NCBI RefSeq assembly: GCF_001194135.2
Contig: NC_068981.1
Span: forward strand, 98,000,931 to 98,064,930
Length of the DNA: 64,000 nt
Source of the DNA: Octopus bimaculoides
Taxonomy: Eukaryota
Direction of reading: 5' to 3'
Of the stretch, positions 63,442 through 64,000 are shown in pieces (positions within the stretch are counted from its first letter, which is position 1; each line of letters starts with the position of its first letter). Made by a program: the position numbers and the translations under genes. The notes below the pieces were generated by a model. That model saw nothing but the letters and a program-made list of their open reading frames with translations, searched no databases and had not been told where the DNA came from.

Positions 63442-64000
63442 TTAATGACTATGTCACTTCTCTTTTATCTTTTATTTGTACCAGTCATTAGATTGTGGCC
63501 ATGCTGGGGCACTGCATTCATGAACTTTAGTCAAATGAATCGATCCCAGCGGTTTTTAAATTTTTTTAAGCCAGGTACTTCTCCCATCAGTCACTTTCAC
63601 CAAACAGCTAAGTTATGGGGATGTAAACACACCAACACTGGTTGTCAAATAGTGCTGGAGGACAGACACATACACACATACAGATATACACAACAGGCTT
63701 CTTTTAGTTTCCATTTGCCAAATCCACTCACAAGGCTTTAGTAGGCCTGAGGCTATAACAGAAGACACTTGCCCAAAGTGTCGCACAATGGGATTGAACC
63801 CGGAACTACATGGCTGGGAAGCAAACTTATTACCACACAGCCACACCTTTTATCTTTAATCTTTTATTTGTTTCAGTCATTTGACTGCAGCAATGTTGAG
63901 GTACTGCCTTGAAGAGTGTTAGTCAAACAAATTGACCCCAGGACTATTTTTTAAGCCTAATATTTATTCTATCAGTCTCTTTTGTTAAACTGCTAAGTTA

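Noticed and set aside
189-63846. Most ORFs in the supplied track (YIYI, HTHT, CVCV, SLSL runs and short SINE-spanning ORFs)
   Set aside because: They are translations of microsatellites or repeats, with no protein-like composition or splice support.

Overview
AT-rich, repeat-dense animal genomic DNA with six N gaps. It is very probably an octopus, inferred from recognisable Octopus-type SINE/RTE/mariner repeats. The only host gene I can support is SPPL3 (signal peptide peptidase-like 3) on the minus strand. Two internal coding exons are visible (53982-54064 and 5871-5990). They splice in frame across a ~48 kb intron, and the other exons were not found in the window. The rest is stacked mobile DNA: several tRNA-derived SINE families, RTE LINE fragments (one with a C4HC3 PHD finger inside the RT region), five mariner relics, TTAA- and hAT-type MITEs, foldback hairpins and micro/minisatellites. 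The most interesting signal is a set of hammerhead-ribozyme-like motifs from four different Penelope-type (PLE) end families. One foldback family has a U3-A8 covariant core (UUGAUAA...GAAA...GUC), and its copy at 29261-29315 keeps all core nucleotides on the strand transcribed as SPPL3 pre-mRNA. Another hammerhead-like motif forms the tail of a tRNA-headed SINE. All structure and family assignments were made by eye; nothing was searched or folded computationally.
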